Part shown: in pieces, positions 49,850 through 63,244 of the stretch
Numbering within the stretch: position 1 is the first letter of the stretch
Layout: each line of letters opens with the position of its first letter
NCBI GenBank assembly: GCA_030704615.1
Contig: CM060731.1
Span: forward strand, 56,234,001-56,298,000
DNA from: Takakia lepidozioides
Lineage: Eukaryota; Plantae; Bryophyta
Direction of reading: 5' to 3'
DNA length: 64,000 nucleotides
The notes under the pieces: generated by a model
Told to the model about the DNA's origin: nothing
Databases searched by the model: none
The model's input: only the letters and a program-made list of their open reading frames with translations
Translations under genes and position numbers: made by a program

Positions 49850-52800
49850 CCGACCACATCACGTTTGTGTGCGTTTGCAGTGCGTGTGCAAGCCTAGGAG
49901 CTCTGGAAAAGGGGAAAGAGGTCCGTGGTGACATCGCCAAAGCTGGAATTGTACCTGATGTCATCCTGAACACTGCCCTGGTGGACATGTATGCCAAATG
50001 TGGGTGCATTAAGGATACGAAGGGACTTAATTTCAATACCATGGCTGAACGAGATGTGGTGTCGTGGAACGCGATGCTTGCAGGGGTATGCACAGCAGGG
50101 GCGTGGGATGGAGGCTTTGGAGACCTATGAGCAAATGATGGGGGAAGGGGTGAAGCCACATCACGTTTGTGTGCGTTTGCAGTTTGTGTGCAAGTCTGGC
50201 AGCCCTAGAAAAGGGCAAAGAGGTGCATGGTTGCATCGCCAAAGCTGGAATTGTACCAGATGTGATCCTGAACAATACCCTCGTGGACATGTATGCCAAA
50301 TGTGGGTGCATCAAAGATGCAGATGAAGTGTTCAACAGTATGGCTAAACGAGATTTGGTGTCATGGAATGCCATGCTTGCAGGATATGCAAAGCAGGGGC
50401 GCGGGATGGAGGCCTTGGAGACCTATGAGCAAATGATGGGTAAGGGGTGAAGCGCGACCACATCACGTTTGTGTGCGTTTGCAATGCTTGTGCAAGCCTG
50501 GCAGCCCTGGAAAAGGGCAAAGGGTGCATGGTGACATCATCAAAGCTGGAATTGTACCAAGGTTGCAATGCGTGTGCAAACCTGGGAGCCCTGGAAAATG
50601 GGAAAGAGGTCCGTGGTGACATTGTCAAAGCTGGAATTGCACCAGATTCATCTTGAACACTGCCCTGATAGACATATGCCAAATGTGGGTGGATCGAGGA
50701 TGCGAAGGGAGTTTTCAACACTGTGGTTGAAAGAAATGTGGTGTCGTGGAACGCTATGCTTGTAAGGTATGCACAGCAGGGGCACGGGATGGAGGCTTTG
50801 GAGACCTATTAGAGTGTGTGTACAGAAGCATCCAAGAGGGCCAGATTTCAAGCACAAGATTACCTATGATTTTGTCAGTTAGCTCGTTAGCTCGGAGCAG
50901 GGATAGAGTGTGGGTCCAGATTCATCCAAGAGGCCAGATTTCAAGCACAAGAGTACCTGTGATTCTATGTGGATCGATAGCTACAAGAAACTTGCATGGG
51001 TAGATGGTCAACTGGAAGCCGCAGAAGTAGCGGCACAATTGATAAAATCAGGCATTGCTAATCAAGGCACCTTCTTCAACACATTTCACCCAGTTTTTCC
51101 CTCACAACAAGAAAGCAGCCAAAAACAAGTAACAGGGATGAGGAGAAGCTGTGGAATGAATACTTTTCTGACCACATAACTTTTGTGTGCATGTGCAAGC
51201 CTGACAGCCTTGGAAAAGGGCAAAGAGGTCCATGGTTGCATCGTCAAAGCTGGAAATGTACCAAATGTAATTATGAACAATACCCTTGTGGACATGTATG
51301 CCAAATGTGGAGGGAGTGTTCAACAATATGGCTGAATTTGTCTGTTTTGCCCTCTCATCAGACTAGGCCCTGAGATACATAGTGAATTCTGTAAGTTAGC
51401 TTGTTGGGTGTATCTGTGGTGGTCAGGAGTGACTTTGACAAGTTACTGCCGATGTGGCAGCAGGAAAGTATCCAAAAACAGATAACATAGATGAGGAGAA
51501 GCTTGTTGACGTTTGTTTGCATTTGCAATGCGTGTGCAAGCCTGGCAGCCCTGGAAAGGTGCAATGAGGTCCATGGTGACATCGTCAAAGCTGATTTGTA
51601 CCAGATGTCATCTTGAACACAGCCCTGCTGGACATGTATGTCAAATGTGAGTGCATCGAGGATGCAAAGGGAGTTTTCGACAGTATGGCTGAAAGAAATG
51701 TGGTGTCGTGGAGGGCGATGATTGCAGGATATGCACAGCAAGGGCCGGGATGGAGGCTTCGGAGACCTAATGATGGGGGAAAGGGTGAAGCCCGACCGCA
51801 TAACGTTTGTTTGCATTTGCAATGCGTGTGCAAGCCTGACAGCTCTGGAAAGGTGCAAAGTGGTCCATGGTGACATCGTCACATCTGGAATTGTACCCAA
51901 TGTCATTCTGAACACTGCCCTGCTAGACATGTATGTCAAATGTTGAGGATGCAAATGGAGTGTTCGACAATATGGCTGAATGAGATGTGGTGTCGTGGAG
52001 TGCGATGATTGCAGGATATGCACAGCAAGGATGTGGGATGGAGGCTTTGGAGACCTATGAGCAATTGATGTGCGAAGGGGTGAAGCCCAACCGCAACACA
52101 TTTGTTTGCGTTTGCAATGCGTGTGCAAGCCTAGGAGCCCTGGAAAAGAGGGAAGAGGTCCATGGTGACATCGTCAAAGCTGGATTTGTACCAGATGTCA
52201 TCCTGAACACTGCCCTGGTGGACATGTATGCCAAATATGGGTGCATGGAGGATGCAAAGGGAGTGTTCGACAATATGGCTGAATGAGATGTGGTGTCGTG
52301 GAATGCAATGATCGCAGGATATGCACAACATGGTTGTCATAGGGAGGTCCTGCAACTATTTGAAGGAATGCAAAAGAACGGCTTGAAGCAGTATGTGTTC
52401 TCTCTGCATGCAGCCACACTGGCCTTCTGAATGAAGGTAGACGCTACTTCGATTCCCTGATTCAAGATCATGGTGTCACTCCGACAGTATAGCACTTTGG
52501 TTGCATGGTGGACCTTCTTGGACGTGCGGGTCAACTGGATGAGGCAGTGGACCTGATTAATAAAATGCCAATCAATCCAAATGTTGTGGTGTGGAAGGCC
52601 TTGTTTAGTGCCTGCAGAATCCATGACAATGTAGAGATGGCTCAATGTGCGGCAACATCGATCCTCCAGTGGAATGAACAGGATGCCGCGACTTATGTTG
52701 TTATCAAACATCTATGTTGCAGCTGGCCGGTGGGTTGATACTGTAAAGGTGAGAAGAATGATGAAGGTCAGAGGGGTTGAAAAGGAGCTAGGTCGCTATG

Positions 52801-53142
52801 CATCCCAGAATTAAGGAAATCCATGCTGAGCTGAGAAGATTGTCTGGGAAGATGAAAGAGGCGGGGTATGTGCCTGACAGACGCTTTGTATTGCATGATG
52901 TGGGGAGGAAGAAAATGATTTTCTCTTTGCCACCACAGTGAGAAGCTGGCCATTGGTTTTGGGCTGATCATCATGACCCCTAGGACGCCTCTCCGTCTCA
53001 TCAAGAATCTTCGAATGTGTGGTGACTGCCACACCTCCACCAAATTCATCTCAAAGATTGTTGGCCGAGCAATTGTTGTACGGGACGTTAACCGCTTTCA
53101 CCCTTTGAAGATGGGATTTGTTCTTGTGGTGATTACTGGTGA
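49850..53142 (+). pseudogene. Scrambled PLS-PPR-E-DYW pseudogene, 3' part
   Basis: Many frameshifted P-L-S triplets; [46 protein letters not shown] ending at 53142. Confidence 0.92.
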
Positions 53143-53884
53143 AAGGATGTCTTCTTGGAAAGATGCGAGTGTCTTGCTTCATTCATTGATCTGTGACTTA
53201 GCTACTCACACCATCCACCATTTCCCGAAAGTATTGACCATGATGTACTGTTGAGTGCATTTCCTGTGCCATAAATCCACATGAAATGATAGTGGGGTCT
53301 ACCCGACATAGGTGGGAAGTCGGCCCATAATTGCACTTGACTCAAGGGGTGATTTTTGACTGATTCTGGTGACAGTGGATGGAAATCAGAGTGTTGTCCT
53401 AATTATGGGTTTGGGTGGTGGAGCTTCTCCAAAGCTTCAAGATGGAAGTGAACACGAATTTTAATGAGCTTGATGAGAGGGGCAGCCCTGTGCACAAGTT
53501 TGTTCAGCATCTTAAATTTGAACATGTGTTTGTTTCTCGTGGTGTGGTTTTGGATGGAGCCCTTGATGAACTTGCATGAATATTGTCAAAAGCTAGCCTT
53601 GATCCAATCCCATGGTGGATGCTTGAAAGTTCATACAGTGAATGTAAGGGTATTTGGGTATGTTGTTATTGATTGATGCGGCTTGTGAAAATTGAATGTT
53701 GAAATGCAGATCTGCCATTTTTCTTCCAAAAAAAAAAAAACACGGGATCTCTGCATGTACCACCGTGGGGTTGACCCAGCCCTTTTTTTGTGAAAAATTG
53801 AACATAGTTCTCAGAATTCGTCGCTAGTAGTGCGGAGCAACGCGAAGCCCTAGTTATTTTTCAGAGATGATACACCAATAAATT

Positions 53885-54108
53885 TCGGCACATCAGCTGG
53901 TAAGTGCACAGTGTGTCGCCCTGGTGGTTTGGGGTTCAAACCCGCTGCTCTGCCTAGTGTGTGGATTGTTCGTGACCGGTTGGTCTGGTGGTGACGTTCC
54001 CACCTGTGTGCCTAATGGCTTATCTGAAAGGGGGTTAATTTTTCCCCCTCCTCAAGGGCCTGAATTGTGAGCAGTTGCTCCCAGGTTTCCTTTTGAAAAA
54101 ATAAAAAT
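53885..54108 (+). mobile_element. Possible tRNA-derived SINE
   Basis: A-box-like tcagctggt, B-box ggggttcaaaccc, A-rich tail; no clear TSD. Confidence 0.4.
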
Positions 54109-57100
54109 CGAGAAGAAAACCTATATACATATTAATTATGGAAACATGTTTCCAGTTTTATAATCTATTTATCCACCCTGTGGGGACCATGTTTCCCTAC
54201 ACTGACATGGTCCCCCGAGTAACTCACTAAGTTAAGTACAAAAATAGAAGGGCAACTTATCATTAAGGGGCTTGCCTCCATTTTTTATTTATTTTTCACT
54301 TTTACAGTTAGTGCTAAAAAAGGGCGTTGACTCTCTCTAGCGTCTAGACCCAGGGGGGGAATAGCAACTAGGGAGGGTCCAGAACACAAACGGGAGCACA
54401 ATGATGTCATCACTTGCACCGGTCAACTTCCCTTTAAAGCTCTCCAATATTTTTGCATTAGTCTTTAATTTAAATTGAAAAGTGTCATTTGAGGAACTTG
54501 CCTAGGTTAGAAGTAGTACACAAAGTGTGCCTCCCAACTTTGTATTGTAAAATTGCATCTTTAAATGTACTGGTTCGTTTTCTAGGTCGAGTTCCTATCT
54601 TTACTGAACCCTGTGTGTGTGCCTCAAGGTGTCAAGGGGTTTTAATTTCCCCAAATAATCCCAAATAAGTAATTCAGGGCCTCCGGCCCTGAATTTCCCA
54701 TAAAGTTATATCAGGGCCACTGTCCCCTGTTTTTGTTTTTTTGTTTGTTTTCCTTCCCTGTAAGAGAAAAAGAAAGAATGTATCCAATAGCAAGTGGTTG
54801 GTGACGCCATGATGGCATGCCACACCTGCAAAGCGGCTTTCTCCCTCTGCTCCTTGTGTAGCGAACAAGGAGTCATCAATGATCATACTTTAAGGTTTTA
54901 ACGCGTCCCTCATCACACCGCCACATGGCACAGACAAAGGCCCGATTAAGGTGACCTTACCAAAGTCAACAAGAACATGAGGGTTGGATCTGCTTGCTAC
55001 CCTACTACGTCATACCAACTGTAATGCTGAGGTTGGATTTACCACGTGGCACCTGATCTTGGCTCCAAACTGAGAATACACTCTCTCATAAATGAGCCCA
55101 TATTTCACGGGGTATGATGTGGCACGTGGGGCTGGGTGTTTGCGTGGTGCAGCCCGGCCCGGTCCACCGTCCGCCGTGCCATGTGCATCATCGCATACTT
55201 CCAACGGCATCTCTTGCCCACCCTTATGCAATACCATACATGAACGCCATCCCATACCATTATGCCACGCATTAGTAAAGAAAATATATTTTATTATATT
55301 CTTGAATATAGATAGCATATTGTTATACCGACATACATTATATTCATGTAATCTTTTATAATTCAGGGTATAAAACAAGCGGCTAGTCGCGTAATGGCTC
55401 CACCCTAATTTTTAATTTCGCGACCTAATTACAAAATTGGAATGCTAGCATTGGCTGTCCTTATCTATTTATTTTATTTAAAAACAAATTAAAACATACC
55501 ATCAGCACTGACAATTGCTTGTCCCCCATGATAACAATTGATTATGATTATTTTATTATGAGTATGATTTTAAAAAAATATGAATTTTAGAATCAAAAGA
55601 TTTTGTGTTTACACCTTGACAGAAAATAACACTATTAACTTTAATGCAATGAACAAATGCGAAAAGATAACACTGAATGTGATGGTGTGAGGTCTGGATT
55701 CCTACCTACCTATCTTTTGGGCATGGATGAATGATTATGAGGATGACACAGGATGCGCGCTCGTTGAGTATTGCGGATGACAGATGATAGAAGCAGGATG
55801 AACTGAATAGTTGGTTTTCGGATGGACGAGGTTAGAATAGCCGTTACGTATTAAGCCCCGGTACAGCTGGATGTATTAAGTTGGTGTTGTCTTTAGTTAA
55901 CAGTTAGATTAGGATTAGGATTAGGTGAGGTGGCTTGATTGTGTGGCCTAACTAGGAAGGCATCTGGACAACCAATGAATGGAGGCCGTTTGGCCTAGAT
56001 TAGATAACATGCTTAGATACTATATAATACGGTTTTCCTAAGCAAAAGGGTGGTGGATTTTATCACAGATCTTGTTGCGCACCTCACTTCGGTAAGCTCC
56101 CCTTCATGTACTCGCTTTGATGCACGCGCCTAACTCCTAAACTGGCCGCCGGGCCAACTCGGAGCTTCGGCTGCTCACTGGGACATAACGGTCCCCCTTT
56201 GCTTCTCCACAAGACCCTTGCTCACTTTGGGCCTAGTGGAAATTCCTTTTGGTTGTTGGCAGTCCGGAACAGCTCGCTACACCTTGGTCGTTTTCCGGCT
56301 CACACGCTTACTTACTAGTTTTTGGTCACCAACGGGCTTGCACCGTTCTCGGGGTTACTATTCCAGGCTATATATACTTCTGTGACTGTCCGCGGGGGTT
56401 TCACAAACAACCCAGTCATTTTATGGCGAACCACCACGAAGACCCTCGATTCCCTGTGATGAGTCGCGGTGAGTCTTGGCCCACCTACCACGGCCCCATT
56501 GGACCGTGATGAGTCCCAAGACTCCCCACGACTCCCACCACAAGGTCTCCGCCCCATGGTGAGTCATATGCCATCCCCACTAAGACCCACTAAGCTACCA
56601 CCACCCCTCGTGGAACCACCCCTACTGCAACCTGGTGTGCGGGGCTCCACCTAGTGAGCGCCTCCGCCTCCTTGAGTGCCTTGGGCATTCAAGGGTGCTT
56701 CAGCCCCCGTACCTATTGTTGCCACTGCCCCCACCACAGGGGCAACCCCTCTTGTGTCCCGACCCCCTGCCCTCAAGGCAAAGGGCCGCAACACGCACCC
56801 CTACCAACAGGAAGTCGATGTCCTCATCGACTTGTCCATTTTGTAGAAACTAACATCCAAGTTGTGGCGTCCCACATCAAGGAGTTTGTTTCCGTACCAT
56901 GGCGTCCCATAGTAAAGAACCAAACCCCCACTTGACTCTCTACTCCCTAGCTAGTTTGGCCGACTTCCTCCAAGTCCCGGCCAAGGGTGGAGCCTCTCCA
57001 GCTCCACCTAGTGCACTCTTCTTGGCCTACTTCAAGGCCAAGGAACGATCCTCCCCGAGGATCGAATCGCCTTACTGCAACAACATTGCCTGCGACCGCT

Positions 57101-57357
57101 CATGATGCCGCTTCTTGGTATCACCTTGAGCAAGGGCTCACCTTGAACCTTTTTTTACTAGGAAGATAACCTTGAACCAACCGTGCGCCCCAATCACTAT
57201 AATTGGGTCCGCCTTGGAATGCTAGCCTGAGGTACGGGAACACGTCGACGCCGCACTACGACTTCGTCTCGAGGTTACACGATTATAGTACGTGAACGGA
57301 AGCACGTAGCTTCCGCGTTAGTCCGCACTACAAGCGGGTCGTTTTTGTTTTTGGTTT

Positions 57358-58058
57358 GTGCAAATTTGTGTTGATTCTATCTGCTGCATGCAATGGCGTC
57401 TCCTTCCTACTCTGAGTCGCTGTTTCCTGAGATCACTCTTGAGCTCAACTTTGAGCTTACCTTTTTACATGAATTGCGACATCTGCAAATACGCTCCTGT
57501 TGATGCCAAGGAACCCTGGACATGTGAAGAGATCGTGCTGGACACTCCCTCTGATTACTGGATTGTCAAGTTCGAGGAGGAGGCCGCTGAGGAGGCAACG
57601 AAAGTAGTAACCATTGCCGCTCAAAAGCGTAAGCAAAAACGTAAAGTGGACAAGGCACTGCAAGGGGCTTTGGCTGGGAAGTTGCTGCAGGAACTGCATG
57701 CGGAGGAGATTGCTCAAAGAATTCTATTTCAGTACTCAAACAACGTATGAGTGCTGGTGAACGATTTAGCTGGGCAGAAGTGGGTGTTCCTAAGTTTATT
57801 GTCTCCCGTGAGATTGACCGTGACTTGGAAAGCTTCTCGTATCCCAACAGGCCCAGTCCTTTGTGGCTCTGGGAATTTGTCAAGGGTGACACCGCTATTG
57901 TGTTTGCAAATCTTCGTGAGGCTAAGGTTACTGCTGCTGTTGCTGATCCCAGCTGGGAAGAGGTAGTAGTTGGGGTGCTCGAGCAATGTCCTAGTTGCAA
58001 ATTTGGACGTGATGTGGCGTTGACGGGTCAACGTCACGTCCGACGTTACTGTACATAA
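57358..58058 (+). pseudogene. Unknown cargo ORFs inside the LTR element
   Basis: Two abutting ORFs with CxxC motifs and a basic helix; no family recognised. Confidence 0.35.
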
Positions 58059-58097
58059 TTATGTTTATTTATTTTACTTTACTAGTGACTATTTACT

Positions 58098-58896
58098 ATG
58101 AGAACCGACGTGACAACCGATGTGGCCTCATAACGTGGATTTAACGACGAGTGTTTGGCAGTGAAGTTCCAGCATCCGGGTGTTATCTCATATTTTGCTG
58201 TGAATGCACGTGAAGTAAAGGGTTACACTCTCTGGTGGAATGGGGGGACAAAACGCGACATGATGAACCGTGACAGAAAATGAGGCAACGATTCGGACAA
58301 CATGGTGATTTTGGAACAAAAGGGAACAGAAGCATAGTTCCAGGAATGCAATCGCTTGCTTTGTTTCCGGAAAGTGCGCAGTAAACTTGCATGGGTACTG
58401 GTGTGCATCATGGATGTTGTCCACAAGAACGGTGTCCTGCACAACGACTTGTCCCCCGACAACATCTTGTTGCATTTTCCTGCTAGCACCGAGGAGATCA
58501 AGATTGGGGTGTGTGATTGGGGCTTAGCCACCCCATTGGGCATACGCAAAGCTTTGTCGTACCAGTTTGAAAACCAAGACAAGCTAGAACGGGAACTCGC
58601 GAAAAGATGGTGGGTGGAAAAAGATATTGCATCGGTTTTTAATGCAAATGCCACGCCCGCCCCCCCAGGACATGACGTCGGAGGCCTTTGCCGTTGGGAA
58701 GATAGCGGTACGAATAAATGGCGGCGCTCATTATGATCAAAGTATGTTCGAGGACCAATTTACGGGAGGTTGTTGGCATTCAATGCTACAAAGGTTGTAT
58801 GACAACAATAAGAATGAGAGAGTCATATTAGCCCATATAGTACTTCGGTTAATGGGCAAGCCATTCAATTGGCCTAAGCCCGAAAGACGTATATAG
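58098..58896 (+). pseudogene. Protein kinase paralog B (LTR cargo)
   Basis: NDECLAVKFQHPGVISYF..YTLWWNGG; HNDLSPDNILLHF; CDWGLA; frameshifts. Confidence 0.87.
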
Positions 58897-59116
58897 GACG
58901 GAATAGACCATAGTCTCGTAGATATGAGATTTGTGGCGGTACAATCATTGACCCGTTGTACACTGTCACTCTTCAAGATTCGTGGGTGTGGTGTTTGATT
59001 ATCCCATATGATGGATCCAGGTGCCATGGCCAAGTAACAAACCATTAAAACATGATGGTACGAGACAAACACAATTGAAAACAACATTTATTCAAACATG
59101 ATGTACAGTCAAAGGT

Positions 59117-60330
59117 CTACAAGTTTTTATCCATCCTCCAGCAATTTTTGGGCTCAGGCCAATTGAATAGCCCCATCATGAAACGCTTCACAACATTTTC
59201 TAGTTTGTATCGCAACTCTACTGTGTTTACACACAAGTTTTCCAGAGCCGAAGCAAAACATGTTCCAGTAGACATATCGTTGAGTAGGCTTGCATCGAAC
59301 ATGTTACCCCCATTTATTGCCTGGACTATCTTCCCAATTACAAAGATCTCTGATGGCATGGTTAGAGGGGGCATACGAGGTGTGCCATGTGACTGGTTGT
59401 TGGCTACATTATGAACAATTGCAATTTCAGGTGCAATCCACCATCTATGTGCGAGAGTCTTTATCATCTTGTCTCTGCTCTCGAAAATGTACAACGTGGT
59501 TTTTGGGTCATCCGTCGTGGAGGCCATCCTCCAATCGCATACCCCGATGTACACATCTTCAGACCCTTGTGGAAAATGCAACAAGATGTTGTCGGGGAAC
59601 ATGTCGTTGTGCAAGAGGTGGTGATTATGGACGTTGAGCATAATGTGCAAAAGTGCCCATGCCAATTGGGTGCGATTTCTGTCGGAATTGAATCAGTCGG
59701 TTGACCTCCTACATTTCCTGCTCCGTCCCCCGTCGTTCCATTAACTCCCTGTTATCCCGATCATTCCCCCATTTCCTGTCAATACTCAACCATGATCATA
59801 TAATCCCCCCATTCCACCAATGTGTGTAACCTTCATTTCGACGTGGATGCAACGCAAAATACTTTATAATGCCAAAATGATGGAACTTTACAGCCAACGC
59901 CTCATTGTTATGTTGGACTTTGGCAAGCTCAACATTTGTTTCCCTGGGCGTTTTCCCTGCTAACTCCCAGGACGGAGAAATGAATTGATCCCCAACAATT
60001 CTAACCCTCCGAATTGTACCATACCCTCCCTGTTTGGGCGCGTCGAGTTATTGTACCTATGCGTTTGTGGATATGTATCTTACTTTCAATGCCGCATCCG
60101 TGGACGAGGACCCTGCCTTCCATGTGAGTGGTTTCGTACGTCGTTTGGCGTGGGCCTTTGCCATGTCAGACCACCAATCCACAAGCACAAACAATTCCTC
60201 CTCCGAAGTTGGCATGTAACCTTCAGCTACAGGTGTTATCGTAACAAACTTGTCCATAGTTTGCCTCAGATTCCATGTGGAATCATGGGCCCGAACCTCC
60301 ATTCATTATCGGAAAACTAAACCCAGATTA
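59117..60330 (-). pseudogene. Protein kinase paralog A, near full-length (LTR cargo)
   Basis: QGGYGTIR (G-loop), WELAGK, NEALAV, WWNGG, HNDMFPDNILLHF, CDW, WWIAPE; N-terminal DSTWNLRQ domain. Confidence 0.88.
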
Positions 60331-60654
60331 TTGATAACCTTATATATTAGCGGACCAATTTCCTCACCCTCTATTGGTATAGTACCCAAAGCAAACTGTC
60401 TCCCGCAGTCCCAGGAAAAAAAAAGCAAAAACTCCTCCCCCACACAAATACTTTCTCCCCCCCCCCCCCCCCCCACGGCTCAGTCCTGGCCACCGAAGTT
60501 GAAACTCCAAGAAGCCCCAGAACCGCACTCACAGAGAGGAAAAAAAGTGGGTTGGGAATGGGGGGTAGGCACTTATGTACTACCTAGAGAGGCCTGCCTG
60601 GAGCGGCGCACGACCGCCTCTGCTGCCCATTTGCGCCTCGACACGTGTCCAGGT

Positions 60655-60940
60655 AACGGTCGCACATATGGGTGGTTGCACCTAATAACAAAACAAAAAA
60701 ACTGTTGCGACCCCCCCCTACTGGTGGTCGCACCTTTTTAAAAACAAAACGAAAATGTGCGACCCCCCCTAAGCGGTCGCACTCAATAACAGAAAAGAAA
60801 AATTCTGCGACCACCACCGGCTGGTGGTCGCCATTTAAAAAATAATTAAAAATGTGCAACCACCCCTTGCTGGTGGTCACACCCAATTTAAAAAAAAGAA
60901 AAAATGTGCGACTACCCTTTGCTTGTGGTCGCACCTATTA
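60655..60940. repeat. Short palindrome array TGCGACC-n-GGTCGCA, about 5 copies at ~50-bp spacing
   Basis: Copies at ~60706, 60758, 60806, 60855, 60907. Confidence 0.8.
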
Positions 60941-61328
60941 AAAAAAATTGAAAATGCTGCACTCATTTAAAAAATAAGTAAAATTGACGCAGTTATAGTA
61001 CGCACACGCGCCGGGTGCGCACTAGCATGTGAACTCCCAAAGAAGGCGCAAGTTTCCTTGCCCCTTGGATGGGAGTCACCCGATTTCGGCGCAACACACG
61101 ATTAATCCAATTTACCTCTGCCACTTTTGTAAGGTAGCATGCATTCTACACACTAGCCAACCATACCATGCATCACCATTCCAAACAAAATAGGAAGCAC
61201 AATATTTGGAAACCATTTCATTTATAACAAAATTTGTACAACACAAGTTTTTGCAATCGGATCCCTGAGCTAGCTAAGCAGGATTAAACATGCATTTCCT
61301 TCCCCACGATCCCAGGTTGATGTCCCCA

Positions 61329-61710
61329 TCAATGTTTATTCCGCTTTTGAGGTCGTCTTTCCAAAACTGCAACCGCCTCAGATCCGTTTCCCATTTCTGA
61401 GGCACGCACCCAAGTTGCCTCCACTTGATGATAGCCCTTCCATTTCACGAGATACTCCGTTTCTCGATTCTTGAACCTCCTCGATTTAAGCACTGCCTCC
61501 ACCTCGTACTCAGGTTCATTTTCATGATCCAACAACACAGGTGGCGGACGCAACACTTGATGCCGATTCGGACGCGCTTCATCTTTGAAGTAAGGCTTCA
61601 AAAGGGAAACGTGGAATACAGGATGCACCTTGCTGTTTGCCGGCAGCTCCAATTTATACACAGCCTCATTTATAACCTTTCGGATGCGAAAGGGCGGGGC
61701 CGACCCCATG
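61329..61710 (-). pseudogene. Integrase C-terminus plus chromodomain
   Basis: PFRI..VYKLELP..VHPVFHVSLLKPY..YEVEAVL..YLVKWKGY..ATW. Confidence 0.92.
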
Positions 61711-62684
61711 ATGAAGCCGATCTCAAGGACGATCGTGTACTGAACTCTAAGCTCTGATATCAAGTGTCGCGCACCTCACTTCGGTAAGCTCCCCTTCATG
61801 TCATAGTTACTCGCTTTGATGCGAGCGCCTAACTCGCAAACTGGCCTTCGGGCCAACACGGAGCTTCGACTGCTCACCGGGACATAACGGTCCTCCTTTG
61901 CTCCTCCACAAGACCCTCGCTCACTTTGGGCCTAGTGGAAATTCCATTTGGTTGTTGGCAGTCCGGAACAACTCCCCACACCTTGATTGCTTTCCGGCTC
62001 ACACACTTACTCACTAGTTTTTGGTCACCAACGGGTTTGCACCGTTCTCGGGGTTACTACTCCCTACATATACTTCTGTGACTGTCCGTGGGGGTTTCAC
62101 AAACAACCCAGTCATTTTATGGCGAACCACCACGAAGACCCTCGATTCCCGGTGATGAGTCGCGGTGAGTCTTGGCCCACCCACCACGGCCCCATTGGAC
62201 CGTGATGAGTCCCAAGACTCCCCACGACTCCCACCACAAAGGTCTCCGCCCCATGGTGAGTCCTATGCCACCCCCACTAAGACCCACTAAGCTACCACCA
62301 CCCCTCGTGGAACCACCCCACCGCAACCCGGTGTGCGGGGCTCCACCTAGTGAGCGCCTCCGCCTCCTTGAGTGCCTTGGGCATTCAAGGGTGCTTCAGC
62401 CCCCGTACCTATTGTTGCCACTGCCCCCACCACAGGGGCAGCCCCTCTTGTGTCCCGACCCCCTGCCCTCAAGGCGAAGGGCCGCGACAGATCTTGTACG
62501 GTGTACCTCTGATGTGACTGGATATGTGTATGAGTGTTTGGATGAATGTGAATTGGTGAGGTTTATCTTTGTGCTAGGTTCCATCCTATCAAGCGGGTCA
62601 CTGCCCTACTGTGCTACAACCCTCATACCTCCCTCATACTGGTAATACCGAACTAAAAGGGGGAATATATCCCCGGCCCCGAAT

Positions 62685-63230
62685 TTTTGGTGGAGATGTT
62701 GTCTAAACGCCTTTTCTGGATTTTTGGACTTGGGTTTTTTTCCCGCTAGCTCCCAACGCTCCGGTATTTTAGAATCACCAATAATCCTACACTGACGGAC
62801 CTTAGCATACCCTCCTTCTTTGTAAGGGCCAATCTCTTCCACTTCGCAGTAGAGTTCAGATAATAAAGACCAGTTGTGCCTCCCCAACCGGATGACCCCG
62901 CTTTTCAAGGGACAACCCTAGTCCGGCGATGTGAATTCTAATTTGCCGAGCAAGCCCAATACTCAACATGTCGCATTAACTCAGCTTCGGCGGAGGGCAC
63001 TTGACCCTCGGTTGTTCTACCCTTCCATGTCTTCATTAGCTGCCTCAAATTCCACGTGGCGTCTTTCGCCCTGCTTTGGATCCACCGATTGAACCTCGTC
63101 TTGTCCCTGTTCGCCGTCCACTTAACCCCCGCCAAAGAGTTCGTCATTTTCCTCTCCATTTTTTGCTGAAAAATCTGAAACCCCACCCATCCATGCCTGA
63201 CATAAGCACTCTCCAGCCTCATCATGTCCC
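62685..63230 (-). pseudogene. Protein kinase paralog C, N-terminal domain and N-lobe only
   Basis: DATWNLRQ..; KEGGYAKVRQC..WELAGKKPK; truncated just before the outer PPT. Confidence 0.82.
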
Positions 63231-63244
63231 TACCCTTGAAATAT

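Larger units (their letters stand above)
56073..62489 (-). mobile_element. Non-autonomous chromovirus-derived LTR element, 6.4 kb
   Basis: LTRs at 56073-56793 and 61765-62489 (TGT..ACA); TSD GATCT; PBS tgatatcagagc (iMet-like) at ~61751-61762; PPT ggtaggggtgcg. Confidence 0.93.
55678..62618 (-). mobile_element. 3' LTR of an outer LTR retroelement (55678-56072 plus 62495-62618), split by the inner element
   Basis: TGT..ACA ends; a minus-strand polypurine tract gagggaggtatgagggt precedes tgtagcac at 62619-62640. Confidence 0.6.

Noticed and set aside
53815-53856. Helitron 3' end (gcaacgc..ctagt); a similar hairpin plus ctag at ~61000-61025
   Set aside because: Hairpins are weak or wrongly spaced; no 5' TC end or RepHel found
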